From: Chara braunii
Lineage: Eukaryota; Plantae; Charophyceae
Assembly (NCBI GenBank): GCA_003427395.1
Contig: BFEA01000020.1
Coordinates: forward strand, 2,272,747-2,336,746
DNA: 64,000 nucleotides
Direction: 5' to 3'
The notes under the pieces were generated by a model. That model did no database searches, was not told where the DNA came from, and was given only the letters and a program-made list of their open reading frames with translations. A program made the position numbers and the translations under genes. Shown one piece after another: positions 1 through 13,603 of this stretch. The stretch's first letter is position 1. Each line of letters opens with the position of its first letter.

Positions 1-15
1 GCCAAGACACAAGTC

Positions 16-2184
16 TTGTACTTGGGCCACGTGTTAGACGGAGATGGCATTAAGCCTGAGGACAGCAAGATAGCGACAATTAGAGATTGGCCGACGCCCC
101 ACACACTGACTGAGTTGCGGTCGTTCTTATGCCTAGCTAACTACTATAGGAAGTCCGTGAGGAACTTCTCGACTATCGCCACTCCCCTTCGCAGGTTGCT
201 CAAGAAAGAGGCAATCGGGCAGTGGGATAAAGATTGTACGTCTGCGCTAAAGAAGTTGAAGCGCGCGTTAATATAGTATCTTGTCCTCAAAGTAGCAGAT
301 CTGTCCTTGCCATTTGTCGTCACCACGGACGCGAGTCAGTATGGTATAGGCGCCGTGTTACAGCAAGACGGCGACAATGGCAACAGAGCCGTAGAGTTCA
401 TGTCAGCGAGGATGCCCTCAGAGAAGGTCGCTACCTCGACATACGAGAGAGAACTCTACGCTCTCAGGCAGGCCTTAGAGCATTGGAAGCATTACCTGCT
501 TGGGAGGCACTTCAAGGTGTATTCAGACCATGAGACCCTTAGATGGCTGAAGACACAGGCCAAGATGACACCTAAGTTGACTAGGTGGGCCGCTGAGATA
601 GACCAGTACGACTTTGAGCTTAAGCCAGTTAAGGGCAAGTACAATGTAGTTGCGGATGCTCTGAGTAGGAGATCAGACTACTTTGGAGCTATAGTTCACT
701 ATCTGGACATAGGGAGTGACCTGCAGGAGAAAGTTAGACAGGCGCATGCGCATGACCCTATTTATAGTGACCTCCTCAAAAGAGTCGAGGAGGCCCTAGA
801 GACCGAACCGGACTACTGCGCTACAAAGGGACTGTTGTTTGAGAAGACTAATGTAGTAGACCGCCTGTGCGTCCCTAACAGCGAGGAGATTCGTAGTCTG
901 ATCCTAGGGGAATGCCACGACACAGAGGGATATTTCGGTTGGCAAAAGACTTTAGCCAATCTGATGTATGCGTATACCTGGTCAGGAATGAAAGCTGACT
1001 GCATAGAGTATGTCCGCAGTTGCAAAGTATGCCAGAGAAACAAGAGTACTACGCGAGCCCCTCTTGGTCTTCTCAGACCCTTACCTACTCCAGACCAGCC
1101 CGGAGACTCAGTGTCCATTGACTTTATGGATACCCAAGTCAAGAGTAGGCACGACAAGAGCCAAGTCATGGTCATAGTTGATAGATTTAGCAAATACGTT
1201 GTTTTTGTTCCTTTGCCTGCAGAGGCCCGTACTGAATTAGTGATTGAGAAGTTTTTTTATTTTTGGGTTAGTGAGCATGGAGTCCCATTGTCTATAGTTA
1301 GCGATAAAGATAGTCGCTTCACTAGCGAGAACTGGCAGGAATTGATGAAAGTCTATGGATCCAAGTTGTTGATGTCGTATGGCTGCCATCCAGAGACTAA
1401 CGGTCAGACTGAGCAAATGAACAAGATCCTGCAACAAGTTCTGCGCATGTATATTAGACCCGATCAAGTCAATTGGGACGAGATGTTGCCCAAGGTAGCC
1501 AGTGAGTACAACAACAGCGTGCACTTGTCCACCTGTCGCACTCCCAATGAGTTGCACAAGTCCTTTAGACCACGTGGACCATTTGAGGGACTTAACCGGG
1601 ATCAGATTCATAGGCTACCGCCCGATACCAGGGAGTTTGCGATACAGCACGAAAGAGAGCTAGCTACAGTTGTTGAGAACCTCAGGAAGGCCCAACATCG
1701 AATGATAGAGCAAGCCAATAAGCACCGTCGCCCATCGCAGTTCCGAGTAGGCGACTTAGTCTGGGTCAAGTCTAAAGAGTTTGCTCCTGAGGAAAACATC
1801 TCGCAGAAGTTACTGCCCGCGTATAGAGGACCACAACCAGTTCTAGAAGTTAAGGGCGGAGAGGATGGTCCGTCCTACACAGTAGAGATTCCAGCACACC
1901 TCCACACCTACCCTGTGTTTCACGCCTCAAAGTTGCTGCCGTGTGTCACAAGTCAACAGTTTCCATCTAGAAGATCCATGATTGCTCCAGACATGGACGG
2001 AAGGTACGACATTGACGACATTGTAGATGAAGACGTGTTCAGAACAGAAGGTAGAGGTCGTCCGCGGAAGCAGTATAAGGTCCGGTTTGCTTATCAGGAA
2101 CCAGAGGACGACCGCTGGTTTACCAGAACAAAACTTCTAGAAACAGCTCCCGACATAGTAAGAGCCTACGAAAGAGATAAGTAA
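16..2184 (+). pseudogene. pol: Ty3/Gypsy pol fragment (RT C-terminus, RNase H, integrase, chromodomain-like end), one in-frame stop
   Basis: ORFs 16-276 and 307-2184 share a frame. Motifs: YLGHV, TTDASQYGIG, ERELYA, YSDHETL, ADALSR, H..CKVC zinc finger, SIDF/IVSDKD/GQTE integrase core, YPVFHASKL, YKVRF..W. Confidence 0.95.
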
Positions 2185-2246
2185 GGTAAAGGTCCTGCCT
2201 TGGACTAAGTTATTCTCGGAGGACCTCGAATTTAGGCCGGCGGGAG

Positions 2247-3180
2247 TGAAACGGTATTCACCAGTTCGCAGTAGCTGATGCAGATCCCAGGACTCGATCC
2301 CTAGTCCTCACCTTACCTGTGTACAGTATCTGTGTCGACCCCGAGAGTTGAACCCGTGACCTGTGTATTTGTAACAGTTGGTAGACTGCCGTAGGGTCCG
2401 TAGCTAGCAGGGGTTCGATCTATAGACCTGTCGAGTAGAAGTCCTAGGGAGTTCTAGAAGTCATAGCTGTAGAACTTCTGAAAGGTCAAGGTCGTAGCTG
2501 CTACAGTCCTGAAGGGTCAAGGTCGTAGCTGCTACAGTCTTCGAAAGGCCAGGACCCTGACTTCCAGAAGGTCCTAGTAGTGGCCTTTCGAAGTTTGGCT
2601 GAAGCAAGTGGGCAAGTGGGCAAGTGGGCAAGTGGGCAAGTGGTGAGCCCAACTGCAGTACGTCGGCAGTGCGACTGCATCGAGTTGGCAGTGCAAACCC
2701 ATGCAGTCAGCAGTACCAGTCCCAGCCAGTCCTAGTCCAGTCAAGCAAGTACCGCATGGGACTGTGTGCACCACGGGCAAGGGAAACGGCCAGACCAACG
2801 AGCTACAGAAGTATAAATCAAAGGGCAGCGTCCAGCCATTCATTCATTCCTGCGTGAGCCATGCGGAAGCGCTGCCACAGCGACTTGTGTGAGGTGGTCC
2901 GCAGTGAGCCCGAAGACGAAGTGGGCGAGAAGGAGCTTAGCCATAGCGATAGCGTAGCAGCGGCCATAGCCGCCATAGCTGTAGATAGAGTGTAGCGTGT
3001 GTGTGTGTATGTGTGTGTACAGAGTATCGCGTGTGGGATATCCAGGGTGATCCTGTGTGTGCGAACAGAGAGTTGTGTGGGCGCTGCGTCGCCATAGCCA
3101 TCGAAGTGAACTTGTATCTGAACTGTGTTCTCGGCTACCATATCTCTGAGTTCTGAGTGGGCGCTCGTCGCCGGTTTGCT
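2247..3180 (+). repeat. 3' LTR of the first Gypsy element (right boundary approximate)
   Basis: Purine-rich tract AGGCCGGCGGGAG, then TGAAACGG at 2247. TATAAAT near 2812. Internal short repeats (GGCAAGTG)n. Confidence 0.65.
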
Positions 3181-3655
3181 GCACACCTGTTTGCATGCAT
3201 GTGAAGTGTGAAAGAGAGAGAGTCTGATTGCACAACCAAAAAAAACAGCGATGATCCTGCCCATACTTGCATGCCCACCCGATCGTCCGCTTCAATTGCC
3301 TTCCTCCTTCCCTCGATTATTCCCCCTTCGCAAGTCATCCCACCCACGGATGGCAAAAAAAGAAATCAGCGACGATCCTGCCCCTAGTTGCAAGCCCACC
3401 CAGTCCTCCGCTTCCAGCGACTTCCTCCTTCCCTCGATTATTCCCCTCTGCAAGTCATCCCGCTCAGATCGCGCCGTGCAGGGCCACCCATTCATTCACC
3501 TTTCTCCTTTTGTCAATTATTTTCCTTCGCGAATCGTTGTTTACTCGTCCCTTCCCATCTTCTGTCTTCCTCATTATCCTCCCTCAGTCTCAGCACTGTA
3601 CCATCTGATATCCGGTGGAACACGTGCTGCAGCCATCCAGTAGGGATCGCACCAG

Positions 3656-3658
<3 letters not shown>

Positions 3659-3746
<88 letters not shown>
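3659..3746. repeat. (AC)n(AG)n compound microsatellite
   Basis: Directly visible. Confidence 0.98.
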
Positions 3747-3747
<1 letters not shown>

Positions 3748-5597
3748 ATCCTTACCTTGATTCGCCATTGCTTCTCGGTTCGGCTCTCACACTCACGATT
3801 TGTTGCGGATACTCTGTTGCTATAATCTCTTCCTCGCCGTATCCGCTTTGGGCACTGTCCCCTCGCTCCCTCCTGTCGTCTTTCACTCCCTATCTGCTTC
3901 ATCCCCCTTCTCTCCGATCTGCTTCCCGATCTGTCCTCCCATCCGCTCTCTTTCGCTTCACTTTCAACAACGCTCCCACTTTTCTGTCTCCTCGCCCCTC
4001 TTCCACCGCTTGATGTCCCCAGTGTTCTCTCTTCTTGATGACGCTGCTGGCCGCTTCCGATCACTCACGGTGAATGCTGCACGACGCTGCCGCTCTCCTC
4101 CCTTCTCCTTTCCTTTCCCCTTCCTGCCCAGTCGTCTTCGTCATGTACCGCCACTCTCCCATCTGCACCATTCAACACTGCCAGCGTCCGATCTCCCACT
4201 TTGCTCGCTCCCCTCTCTTCCCTGCAAGTGCACCTCCCGATCGGCCTCCCTTCACACTCCTCCTAATCTTCACTCCACTCTTCTCCTTTGAACTGTGATG
4301 GGATCGCATGTGCCTAGCGGCCATTCCACTCGATCAACACGCCGCTTGCATGGCACACTGCGCTCCCCCGTTCTCCCTCGGACCGTATGTGCGCTGCCAC
4401 CCGCCGCCGTGTGCCCAACTCGACCCTCGCCCTGCGTTTTCCATCCAGCATTTGCTTGGGCCTGGCCCCTTTCCCACCTGTGTCCTCGGATGTCCATTGT
4501 GCCGTGCTGTGCATTTCCCCCGTCTCTTTTTTTTGGGCCTGGCCCCTCTCCCACCCGTTTTCCCAACACTGGAAACCGGGCCTCCCAACAGCATTACAGC
4601 AGGCCCGGGCTTCCCTTTATAAAGAGTATAGATATAGATAATAGATAAAATGCGGAAAGAAAATGACAGCTATGCTGCTACGGTGCAATCACGTCAATGT
4701 CCTTCCTGAACACAATTTGCACAAACAAAAATTCAAGTATTGACAATGTCGGGGGCATCCCGACATACAAGGACCCAGTTTACGAGGGTCATCAGCCGGG
4801 CAGCAACCCGGACAGTTCGGAACTGAGATTGTCACAACATCTCGAAGAAGGTTGCACTAGAGAGTTTGCTGGGAAAGGACAGGAGAGCCCAGGCGAAAGG
4901 TCAAACCCTTGTCCATCCCAACCTCAGGCCAACTCTCGAAGCAAGGGGGGTTCTAGTGGGCTGGACGGAGGATTCTTGACGGTGCTCCTTGCAGGCTGGA
5001 GCAAAGCACATTTTAGAGAGTCCTCACGGAATACCTAACAACACCTTTCTTGCATGGGATATTTGTTAAGCAGTGTGGTCGTGCCAAACCCTTCAATTTT
5101 TGAGATTCTACAGTGGTGTTGAAAGGCTCTAGGACTCACAAGCACACAATGTGACACCTGATGTTTGCTAGGAAACAATTGGTGATGTTCCGGGAAAGAG
5201 ACCAACGGTGCAATTAAGTTCAAGCCTAGGTTACCAGGTCCATCCCGCCGGCTGCCCAAACTGGGCGAGGGTTGGGGGGTCCGCCTGACCAATCCGGGCG
5301 GGCTGAAAACTGCACAAGAATTTTGTCTTTTTTTCTACAGATTGCGCTGTGTGAATGCGCTTGATAAGAAAATGCAGAATCCACCTGCAGACTCCACCAC
5401 TTCCTTCAACTTGGGGGGGGGTGGGGACGAGAGAACGGATCCAAATGGGTTTACAGCGGTTTAAGGGGTGTATATTGACTTCTTTTCTAATTTATTTTTT
5501 ACCTTGTCTTGAAATAAAGAAGCATTTGGGGACGACACAAGGTTTTCTTACTTTGCTGGCCGGTCATCCAGGCGCATGTCGTATGCCTGCCTTACCA

Positions 5598-5872
5598 TTA
5601 CCTGTTGCGCTTAGCACTCTCAATTTAATCTCGAAATAGTACGCGCTCCATCAAGCTGCCCAAGTACTTAGTTTTCCCCAAGTCCAGGGTCATGCCTCTT
5701 TCCTGGACTGTGCTCCTCAGTCCTGTGTGGTGAGTTACCTGTTGCGCTTAGCGCTCTCCATTCAATCTCGAAATAGTACGCGCTCCATCATGCTGCCCAA
5801 GTACTTAGTTTTTCCCAAGTCCAGGGTCATGCCCTCTTTCCTGTACTGTGCTCCTCAGTCCTGTGTGGTGAG
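5598..5872. repeat. Tandem duplication, ~137 bp x2
   Basis: TTACCTGTTGCGCTTAGC...TGTGTGGTGAG starts at 5598 and 5735. Confidence 0.9.
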
Positions 5873-6064
5873 TGGGTTTATGTCAAGCCTGCCTCTTCTC
5901 TGTTCCTCTCAGCATCAGTGCTTGTTTCACTCCACCTCAGCATAGAATAGAACTGAAAAGTGAAAACTGACAAATCATTAGCAGTCAGTCTATGTTGTCT
6001 GTGTCATTTCCTCTACTCCTAAGTTGATGCTTCACGGGTTGAGAGGAAATGAGGAGAACGGTAC

Positions 6065-6129
6065 CTGAATAGACACTGCCTCCTGGAAGACTTCCGAATG
6101 TTATGCTTGGCGGCTGATCTGTGGTGTAG
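6065..6129 (-). CDS. Putative isolated 65-bp host-gene exon
   Basis: Minus strand TGTTGTTGCAG|CTACACC...TATTCAG|GTACC, canonical AG/GT borders. One open frame reads YTTDQPPSITFGSLPGGSVYS. Confidence 0.35.
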
Positions 6130-6253
6130 CTGCAACAACACAATCAAGGCAGAAGGGAAGGTAAATCGATGGTTAAGAACATTTAAGGCATTGTTAGATG
6201 TTCACTGAGCTTCATTCAATATACAACTCTATTTGAGTCAGAGAAAACTCTCT

Positions 6254-6528
6254 CACTCTCAATGCAAAACCAGGGGAACAATTGACCCTACCACTCCAAG
6301 CCACAAAACTGAGAGACCCAGCATGCAGCCCTACCGTCCCGAATCCCATAGGGATTCCAACTCATCCTGGCCTCCTTACAAAAGGGAAACAAACACTCTC
6401 AATGCAAAACCAGGGAAATAACTGCCCCTACCACTGTGAGCCACAAAACTGAGGGGCCCAGCATGCAGGCCTACCTCCCCTAATCCCGTAGGGATTCCTA
6501 CTCATCTTGGCCTCCTTACAAAAGGGGA
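6254..6528. repeat. Tandem duplication, ~140 bp x2
   Basis: CACTCTCAATGCAAAACCAGGG starts at 6254 and 6394. Confidence 0.9.
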
Positions 6529-8518
6529 AAAGAACAAAAAACATTGCATTCAAATTGATTCAATGCTCAACATGGAAGGGAGTACGTAGAATGACAGAAA
6601 CGGATGTGCCTACATATAAGATATTCCAAATGCGGCAGGAGAGGCAGGTGATGACACATGTCCATCGATGGGTGGGCCACAACTACGAGGGCATGTGCTT
6701 GCCCCGGGTGTCAGCATCCCCGTTTGTCAGAACCTCAGCAAACGGGGAGGAATATGTGGTCATCATATACTTCTTCGAGGCTATCGCCAAGAAACCGGAC
6801 AGGCCACAGCTCAGTCTCATAGAAGCACAGTGGATGGACTTTGCCGAGGTGTGTGGTCCAGCAGCGTACCCAGCCAACTGCGAAAGTCGAAGAACGGCTT
6901 CGATGAAGCAGAAGGTAAGGTTTGGATAACGGACTTGATACGTGAAGCCGGTCCCATTCCGGGCCATACGTTACTGTCCACGTCTCAAGCAGGCGGCGGG
7001 CGTATACGTGGACAGTAAGCCACGGCTGAATTCGTGCTCGATGTCCATAGCGAGCCCGAGACTTGAGAATCCACGCGGCACTAGATTGCCTGAGAAGGTA
7101 CTCACGCAAGGACCTAAACCTTCAGGAGACAATTCAATTAAATTCGAGATCGTGGGAACTGGGGAAATAACTCCATACATGAGACCACACCAGTCATCTT
7201 ACAGGAAGTTAATGCCAGGCTCCAACCAGAGGATCACCTGGGGGGGGTGCTGTTCATGGAGAGGAGGGGGGGGGGGGGGGGGGTATATGGCAAAGGGGAG
7301 AACAAGGGTATTATTTTCCTGCAGGGTGTCACGTTGGACTGTGAAGCCCTCCCCATTGGGCATATCGAAAGGTAGTAGGGAGAATTGAGGAGACGGCGTA
7401 CGTAGGAGGTTAGAATAGGACTGCAGACGGCAAAGGGAGGGAGGAGGTGCAGTGGGTGTGGAGCTCTGGTACGTGTGAGAAGTGGCAGTTAAGTTTGATA
7501 AGGCTGGCTGCAGTATAAGGGGATGGCCAGGGCAAGGGAGGGAGCAGGCGCAAGGGGGTGGGGAGGTTTCAGCACGAGCAGGAAACAATAGCTAAGGTAG
7601 TCGATAGCTTGAGATATAGCTCGATAATGGGTTCGGTGTAGTGAAATTGGACAACCGTGGTGGCATCAAGGGAAGTAACAGGCCCAAAGTGATGACCGGG
7701 AACGTGTGCTGTATGGGAGCAAGATAGCTCCTTGTAAAGAGAAAGGAGTTGAAGAAGATAAGGAAGAAGGAGCAGGTGGATGTGATCTGCCTGCAGGAGA
7801 CAAAGATGGTGGAAAATAAGCTGGCCCCACGGTGCTGCGGTGGAAGGGGCAGCAAGTGTGGGCCCTGGCCACAGGCACAAGAGGAGGTGTAGCCATCCTT
7901 ACGCAATGAGTTGCAGTACCTAGCGCACTGCACGCTAACTACCTTGTTGTTTTCGCCAGTTTTGAGCCTTCCGGGGCTTTATCCCTGAACCGTCCCTTGC
8001 AGGGACTTCGCCCAGTTCTTTTTTTTTTTTCTTTTTCTTTTTTTTTCTTTTTTTTTTAACAAAACAGGGCCTTATGGTCCTGGCTCCTTCTATTCTGGGG
8101 AGCGTCAGTCCGGTTCCTATTCCACCGGCAAGTCAAAATAAACATTACATCAAGAACACTCACACACGCTTCCTTCCGTCAGGCCGAAGGATCCCTGAAC
8201 AGCATTGATTGCTCCACCGCAGTGGAGGATTGACTGTCAGCTTGCCCATCCTCTCTCTTTCCTATCAGACTGGACAATTAGGTCTGCCAAGTTTCCTCGC
8301 TGAATCCTAGAAAGAGTCCCTCTATTGTGATCATCAACCCGAGCCCTTCCCCTTCCACCTGCTTTACCTTTTACCTGAGCAACCACTAAACCCTGAACCC
8401 TAAACCCTCGTCCTTCTTAACGGCTCCCCGATATACCATTCCCATTTAACGATCGCCTTCCTCATTGCTCCGAGACTCTTCGCTTTGACCCTTTTACCTC
8501 CCTTGCTCGCCTTCATTA

Positions 8519-9004
8519 CTAGCTTGCATCCTGGTCTCCACTGTTGTACATCAAAAGTAGTGACCCGAAAGCAGANCTGTCTCGGTTAGATTCTGGCTCG
8601 AGGGTTCCATTCCCTGATTCCGTGCTTTGCTGTTCCAGATTCCTTCTTGAAGCGGAGTTGTGCCATTCCTTCCAACAGATGCGATCATTCCTCAACTCAG
8701 CNACCTTCCCCCCTGCCAACCATGTCTTGATGAACTTGTTTCTAGCCTTCTTCCGCTGCTNTTTATCGTCTGTCTATGTACTCTTGATCCTCTTCCATCT
8801 GCATANAATTTCTGCCTGTATCAGAACCTTTGTCCCCACCCAGACTCTCTCCCGTGNGTTTGCAGCCCCCTNCATCGTTCTGCTGCATCTTTCCTNCCAT
8901 ATGACCCAAAGGGAGGTCTTCCTGATGAACTCAAATCNGATCCTTTCTGCTTTCCGTGGCCACTTAGGGATGTCAATCAGAAGGAGAACTAGGCNTCCTT
9001 NCAT
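8519..9004 (-). pseudogene. Second, divergent copy of the LINE ORF2 C-terminal domain in the 3' region
   Basis: ORFs 8774-9004 and 8519-8719 share a frame. SLWVIWxERC...CRWKRI...KFIKTWLAGGKVAELRNDRICWK parallels ORF2 GLWIIWKRRC...AQWKRV...RFKQNTLGQGAIAEIEGTQLCFK. Confidence 0.75.
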
Positions 9005-9367
9005 TTGNCCGAAGGACCCCCGACNAGCATTGAATGCTCCACCTTGGTAGAGGATTTTCTGTCAGCTTGCCGTGCCCCTCTCTTTCCTCTCAGATCTGGA
9101 GTATANCACTACCAGATAGTGCTATGTCCCCTAGACTGAGTTCAGCCTTTGTCCCTGTCCGCCTGTGTCCTCACCGCTCTTCTGTCCTGCCCGTAGTGCG
9201 TGATATCTCCTTTCTTGAGTCTTGTGGGAAACCCGCGTGTCGTTTCTTCTCCGGTCTTCATCTTTTTGTCATTAGCCCGGTTTCTCTTATTTGCCTTTCC
9301 TCCTTGGGTCGTACTGCCTTGTCGAGATTTTTCCTCCCCTTTCCTTTATCTTACCTCATCTCTCCAT

Positions 9368-12300
9368 TCAAAGCATAGTTGTCCATTTAAAGCATAGTTG
9401 TGTACCCTCGATCTCTGCTATCGCCCCCTGACCCAACGTGTTCTGCTTGAATCTTTTAATTATCTCTTCCTCTTGTCCTGGTTGTTGCCGTACCTGCTGT
9501 CTCACTCTTTTCCACTGCGCCTTGAGATGTATTTCCATTGTCTTGAGGAGCATCTCCCTGGCTTCCTCTCTATGTATTAGCGTTCCTTCTATAGTGGCCT
9601 GACATCTCCTCTTCCAAATGATCCACAACCCATATTGCCTCAGTAGCTGGAAGATATGTCTCTGATAGGGTTGCATTCGTTTGGGTACCTCAGCCCCCAA
9701 AAGCCTAGCAACTCTTGACTCTGGAAAGGCAGTGTTCGCCACCAGTTTCCAAATTCCCCTGACTTGCTTCCACATCCCCTCTGCCTCCTTGCACTCCAGT
9801 AGACAGTGCACCAGTGTTTCCGGAAGTCCTTCTTGACACACTCTGCATAGTTCGGCTTCATCGCTTCTCTGGTTGTGACTTCTTCTTTCNTTGAGCCAAA
9901 CATTCACTGGCAGTGCCACATGTGCTATTAGCCATTGCATACTCCTCACTTGTCCCAGTCTTATTGATANAATATTTGCCCATGGTATGTCTGCCATTTG
10001 GCTTCTGGGGACCCCCACCTTTTCCTCCCAGCGCNTGAGCAGAGTAGGTCCCATAGNCAGGGATCTGTTCCTTAACCTGTAACCTANTCTTGTAGTGTAG
10101 TGAAGGATGTTGATTCTCCTTGCTACTCTTAATTGTCCCCCTCTAATGTTCCAGGCCCATTCACCAGGATCCNCCTCTAGTTCCTCAATTGGAACCGTTG
10201 GATTGTACACTGTAAACTCTTCCATCTCAATCACTCTTACCTTACGCAACCCTTGTTTGAGGATATACAGCGGCGCTTTCAATGTCCTATCCAATTGGGA
10301 CGTGGTATTGCGTGGCTGTATTATGTTGTATTTGTCTGCTATTAGCCATTCGTTCCTGTCTTTGACCGTATCCCATACCCTGTACACCTCTTTAGGTTCT
10401 GCGTCATCTTCCCATGTGGCCCAATCCCCCTCCCGTCATTGTTTTCCCCCCCTCAACAACTGCACCCAGGTTGGATGTATGGAGTCCGTGACTACCCTCA
10501 GGTTATCCTGAAGCTTATGACACCCCTTCAATGTCCTTCTCAGCTCCTCCGTTGTTTTCCATCTGTTGTTCTCCTCATCCCAAATGTGTTTAATCTGCCA
10601 TACCCCNTGNTCCAACCATCTACCCCATCTCGAATCCCNGCTTGTTAATGTTAGAGGCTTTCCGCCATTGTCTTTAATGCTTGCGTTGCAGAATAGCGGT
10701 TGTCTTAATACCTCCTCTCTTGTGGTAGGCTCTCTTACCCTCGCTGGGAAGACCTCTTTCCACAGTTGTATTAGTTGTAGCCAATAGGCTGAATTTTTGA
10801 CTCTTCCTCCTTGTATTTCCCTATTCCCCTCCCTGTGGCCTATTTTGGCCCAGTCGCTACACATAATCCCGAACGTCTCCATCATGTTGCTCGGTGTTTT
10901 GTACCTGGCTATCTGTCTAATCCTTTCTAATACTATTGAAGTCCATGGCAGCCTAGGCTGTGATATTAGCTTAACCACCCATTTCGTTTGAAGCGCTTTC
11001 AGCTGTTGACTTGGGTCAAGGATCCCCAAGCCCCCTTGCCCTTTGGGTCTAGTTACCTTTTTCCAAGCAACCTTAGCTATGAAATGCTCCTTGTTGTGCC
11101 TTGCCGTCCACAAGAAGGCTGCGGCCTTTCTTCTAAGNTGGGCCGACGTGGCCTTTGGCGGGGTCCAGATAGACCCTGCATACCACATCATGGAGAAAAT
11201 TGATGCATTCAAGATCAGTGCTCTTCCATATATAGAGGTGTATACTGCCNACCAAGCACTAAACTTTGCTAACACCTTGGCCATAATGTCCGCCGCCATT
11301 GATTGGTGTGCCCCCTCTTCTGTTATTTTGATCCCTAGATATCTGAACGGATGTTGTGGCGTCAACCATTGAAGCCCCTCCGGGCTTGTGACTGGAATCT
11401 GATTTTCTTGATCTAGTTCTGCTAGCCACCACCCCACTGTTTTGTGCCAATTAACTTTCATCTCTGAAGCCAGCTGGAACACTTCCATTACCCTTGTTAG
11501 CGCTTGAAAAGAGGAGTCTGTTGCTCTGATCAAAACCGTCAAGTCGTCTGCGAACAATATCGTCGTGGGGAGTTCGACCGTGTGTCCTCTCTGGTCTGGC
11601 GGTGCTATTAATCTCTCTATTGACGGGTCTTTTCTTACAAAAGAGGCTATTGCCTCTATTATGAAGAGAAAAATAGGAGCTGCTAAGGGATCTCCCGACC
11701 TAATTGACCTTGACATCGGGTAGGTCGAAGATAAGTGACCGTTAACCTGTACTTGCCCCCGCGCATCGTTATACAAGACCCTTATCCATTTCCTAAAATT
11801 TGGCCCTACTCCCATTCTTTCCATGCACAACTGCAAGAAGGGCCAACCGACCTGGTCATATGCCTTTTCAAAATCGAAAAAAAGAATGGCGGCATTGATT
11901 CTCTTGTCCCTTATATACCGGACAGATTCTGTTAGGCACATGACATTGTCAAGTATAAACCTTCCCGGAATGAATCCTGTTTGATCTAAATGAAAGCATC
12001 CTGCTGTGATTTTTGATAAGTGGTTAGCTAGCGCCTTGGCTAGTATCTTGTGTGTGAGGGTCAACAAAGTTATTGGCCTGTAATTCCGTATGTCCGTTGG
12101 ACTCCCCTTCTTGTAAAGCAGCGTGACTATTCCAGTTGCGGGCTCGCTACCTATGCCCTCCGCCTGCCAAGCGTGCTCTAGGAATGCCAGATATTCTTTG
12201 CCCAAAATAGGCCAGAATTCTAGCCAGAATTCTCTGGTCAGACCATCCTTCCCCGGGGTCTTGTTCGGAGCCATCGTTTTTACTGCATCCCATAACTCCT

Positions 12301-13603
12301 CCTGTGATAAAGGTTCATCCAGCATGGGCGCGTGTTGTCGTGATATTGTGTTCTGTAGGTAGTTCAGGAACTTTGATCTCGCTTCCTCCACTCTTACCCT
12401 TGGGAGCTGGTTTTCTGTAGATGTGTATAGTCTACTATAGAAATCGAAAGCCACCCTTAACATCCCTTCCTTGTCTGAGGTAAGCCCCCCTTCCCCTTCT
12501 ATGAGGTTATTCCTTCCCTTGGACTTTAACTTTTGGAAGAAGAATTTGGTCATTCTCTCCCTCTCCTCCCATTCCCTGACTCTAGCCCTCATTTGTAGGC
12601 CTTTCATTCTCAACCGTTGCCAGTCCGCCATCTCTTCCCTTGCCTTCTCCAGAACTTTTTCGTATAGTTCGTCTCCTGGGGAATTGATAGTATTACGCTC
12701 CGCTATCTCCATTGCTCGCGCCAACTCTTCTTCTCTTTCCCTCCTCTTTGCTGCCAGCCTCCTAGCCACTATTGTTGAAGCATTAGACAGTGCCAAAAGC
12801 AGCTCTGGGAATGTATGTGTGTCTGGGTTGTGTTCTTGACACACTTGTAAAACCGCCCGTCTCATTTCCTGAGTATTTAGGAGGGAGTTGTTGATTTTGT
12901 AGAACCCCCTACCTCTGATGACTTGTTTGTCTAGTGATAGACTCATATGGATAGGTTTATGATCCAGACCCAGACCGTACGGCAAGCTACCTATACTCAC
13001 TGATTGCAACATACCTATTACTCCTGAGGACGTTAAGAAATAGCCTATCCGGGAGGCCGACACATGTTGGTTGCGGTTCCTCTTGCGATAAGTGAATTGT
13101 CTTTCGCCCGGGTAATACAACCTATAGGGATCTATCAGTTCTAAATTCGTCATTAGCCTATGAATCGGTAGCGATTCTTCTGTCCACCCCTCCTCCTCTG
13201 ATCTAACCCCTCCTGATAGTCTGTCCAAGCTGGGATCTAAGGTGGCGTTCCAGTCACCTCCTAGAATCAGATGTTTGTTCCCTTCTAGGATCCCTTTAAG
13301 CCTTTCGATCGGATCCTCTCTCTGCTGAGAGTTATTCGGACAGTAAACCGAGAGTAACGTGTAGGGTTCCTCATGCAGTTCAAAGTCGATCTTAACCCAT
13401 CTACCCTCCTCCTCGTCAACCCTTGCTTCTGTGATGGGAATCCCATCTGATGCCGTAACCCTTTGGTTTTGAAGTATGACTACACCCGTGGAATGGTTAC
13501 TTGCCGCCTCCATCGGGGTCGTTAGGGAGGAGGAGGAGAAAGGAGGAGGAGGTGGCAAGAAGAAGACGAAGATCGCGCTGGAATGGTTACTTGCCGCCTC
13601 CAT
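9368..13603 (-). pseudogene. LINE ORF2 (APE endonuclease, RT, C-terminal zinc finger), one in-frame stop, endonuclease N-terminus missing
   Basis: SVYCPN, LGGDWN, LDHKPI, KTPGKDG, NYRPITLL, DFEKAYD, RSGDPL, LFADD, RYLG, CRVC..ETLVHCLLEC. ORFs 10436-13603 and 9368-10387 share a frame. Confidence 0.95.

Noticed and set aside
3251-4648. Overlapping ORFs of 100-180 aa
   Set aside because: Arise from low-complexity CT-rich and microsatellite sequence, with no domains.
6507-6929. Nudix-like ORF
   Set aside because: Only a vague C-terminal resemblance, no Nudix box, and the start lies in a tandem repeat.
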